A stretch of DNA of 40,374 bases, from NCBI GenBank assembly GCA_018238625.1, contig JABCSY010000030.1, forward strand, positions 1 through 40,374. The letters are read 5' to 3'. The notes under the pieces are model-generated. The model ran no database searches and was not told the DNA's origin. It saw nothing but the letters and a program-made list of their open reading frames with translations. This document shows positions 38,924 to 40,374 of this stretch, in pieces. The number at the start of each line of letters is the position of its first letter. Positions within the stretch are counted from its first letter, which is position 1. This stretch comes from Promethearchaeota archaeon (lineage in GTDB: Archaea > Asgardarchaeota > Lokiarchaeia > Sigyniarchaeales > SOKP01). The position numbers and the translations under genes are program-made.

Positions 38924-39055
38924 TATGAAATCCATGTAATTGAGGATGGAATTTCAATAGTAGAATTTCCAGATAAAACTACTACTATTGGTGGTTATCA
39001 ATTAATAATACCTGCTCTTCTTATTTTTACGTGTTCTAAAAAAGACTTAAATTAA
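38924..39055 (+). pseudogene. Possible 3' remnant of a CTERM-anchored surface-protein gene
   Basis: Startless frame YEIHVIEDGISIVEFPDKTTTIGGYQLIIPALLIFTCSKKDLN*; IGGY + hydrophobic + KK resembles a shortened sorting signal. Confidence 0.35.
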
Positions 39056-39071
39056 TGTATTTTATTATTTT

Positions 39072-39308
39072 ATTATCGTATTTGATAAGAGCAGTTTAGA
39101 AATTTTTATTAAGAGGATTGAAGATTTCAAGAATAAGTTAACAGACGAACCAAATACTAAAGGGAGCATTATAGATCCGATTTTACAGCGTTTGGATTGG
39201 GACCTTTATAATATTGAAGAAGTAATAAGGGAGAAAAAGACTTCCAGTGGAGGAAAAGTAGATTACGAATTAAGAACGAATGGTAAAAAAATATATATAA
39301 AAAGATGA
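39072..39308 (+). pseudogene. Truncated type I restriction enzyme HsdR N-terminal-like nuclease domain
   Basis: EPNTKGSIIDPILQRLDWD...EVIREK...GKVDYEL..NG, then a stop before the expected E-x-K catalytic motif; no ATG start. Confidence 0.65.
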
Positions 39309-39319
39309 GGTAAAAGATA

Positions 39320-40374
39320 ATGAAAATCCTTATTGTTGACGATAATAAAGAAAACCTCTATTTATTAGAACTTATGATAAAGAAACTTGGACACGAGGTG
39401 GTAATAGCTGAAAATGGTAAACAAGCTCTTGAAAAATTACATAGCGATAATTTTAAAATGATTATATCAGATATCTTAATGCCAATAATGGACGGATATC
39501 AACTTTGTCAAGCTGTAAGAAGTGAAAGAAAATTTAAAGATCTCTTGTTTATTTTTTACACTGCCACTTATATAGAAAAAGAAGACGAAGAGTTTGCTTT
39601 GGGGTTGGGAGCGGATTTATTCTTGAGAAAACCTCTTGACCCAAATAGATTTATTGAGGCTATTAAAAACTTAATTCAAGAAACGGAAATAAGCCAAGAT
39701 AAACCTAGCAAAAGCATTATTAAAAACGAAAAAGAGATATTGAAACTCTATAACGAACGTTTAATCCACAAGCTGGAAAAAAAAATATTGGACCTTGAAA
39801 AAGAATCCGTTAAACGCAAGAAATTGGAGAAGAATTTAAATGAACGCGTTAAGGAGCTTACATGTTTATATAACGCTTCAAAGTTAAGTGAACAATCCGA
39901 TATTTCAATGGAACAATTTTTTATCAAAACCTTGAAATATATTCTACCAGCTTGGCAATTTCCTAACGTAACTTGCGCAAGAATAATCTATAATGGACAA
40001 GAATTTAAAACTGAAAATTTTCGTGAAACAATATGGAAACAGAAAGTCGATATTAAGGAATATGGAAAATTAGTTGGATCTTTAGAAGTAAATTATTTGA
40101 AAGCTATGCCAAATTTTGATAAAGATCCATTCTTAAAGGAGAAAAGAAGACTAATTTATTCTATTGTCGAAATCGTAAAGCGATTAATCGAGCGCAAGAA
40201 TAACGAACAAAAGATAAAAGAATCCGAGGAAAAATATAGAAAAGCATACGATCGAGCAGAGTTCTATAAAGACGTATTCGCTCACGATATTAACAATATA
40301 TTACAAAGTATTTTATCTGGAATACAAATTAGCCAACTAATTGTCGAAAAACCTGAAAAACACGATAACTTAAA
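39320..40374 (+). CDS. Hybrid response regulator / histidine kinase (receiver, coiled coil, GAF-like segment, HisKA H-box); runs off the window end
   Basis: Missing from the ORF track because it has no stop. MKILIVDDN...IISDILMP.MDG...RKP, ERVKELTCLY...PAWQFP..TCARI, FYKDVFAHDINNILQ; GAGGT upstream. Confidence 0.9.
   Translation, partial: MKILIVDDNKENLYLLELMIKKLGHEVVIAENGKQALEKLHSDNFKMIISDILMPIMDGYQLCQAVRSERKFKDLLFIFYTATYIEKEDEEFALGLGADLFLRKPLDPNRFIEAIKNLIQETEISQDKPSKSIIKNEKEILKLYNERLIHKLEKKILDLEKESVKRKKLEKNLNERVKELTCLYNASKLSEQSDISMEQFFIKTLKYILPAWQFPNVTCARIIYNGQEFKTENFRETIWKQKVDIKEYGKLVGSLEVNYLKAMPNFDKDPFLKEKRRLIYSIVEIVKRLIERKNNEQKIKESEEKYRKAYDRAEFYKDVFAHDINNILQSILSGIQISQLIVEKPEKHDNL

Overview
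AT-rich archaeal DNA, most likely from an Asgard archaeon (Lokiarchaeia/Promethearchaeota). This is inferred from a ubiquitin E2 gene, longin-like and ubiquitin-like domains, PGF/Loki-CTERM-type sorting signals and an archaeal-type intron-containing tRNA-Tyr. The main discovery is at 5937-8209. A ubiquitin-conjugating E2 gene is interrupted by three hairpin inserts of exactly 30 nt, each framed by bulge-helix-bulge (BHB)-like splice geometry. Removing them gives an intact 172-aa E2. Downstream is a free-standing GIY-YIG endonuclease gene, followed by an orphan, synonymously different copy of the E2 last exon. Together these suggest mRNA micro-introns coupled to a homing-endonuclease gene-conversion cassette. 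The window also holds a two-intron tRNA-Tyr, gdhA beside a two-component system with a REC-Lrp fusion, housekeeping genes, a roughly 15-kb minus-strand locus encoding a giant membrane protein with nested domain insertions and upstream palindromic operators, and two mid-gene junctions (about 1610 and 26080) that may be rearrangements or assembly chimeras. All calls were made by eye; no database searches were run.
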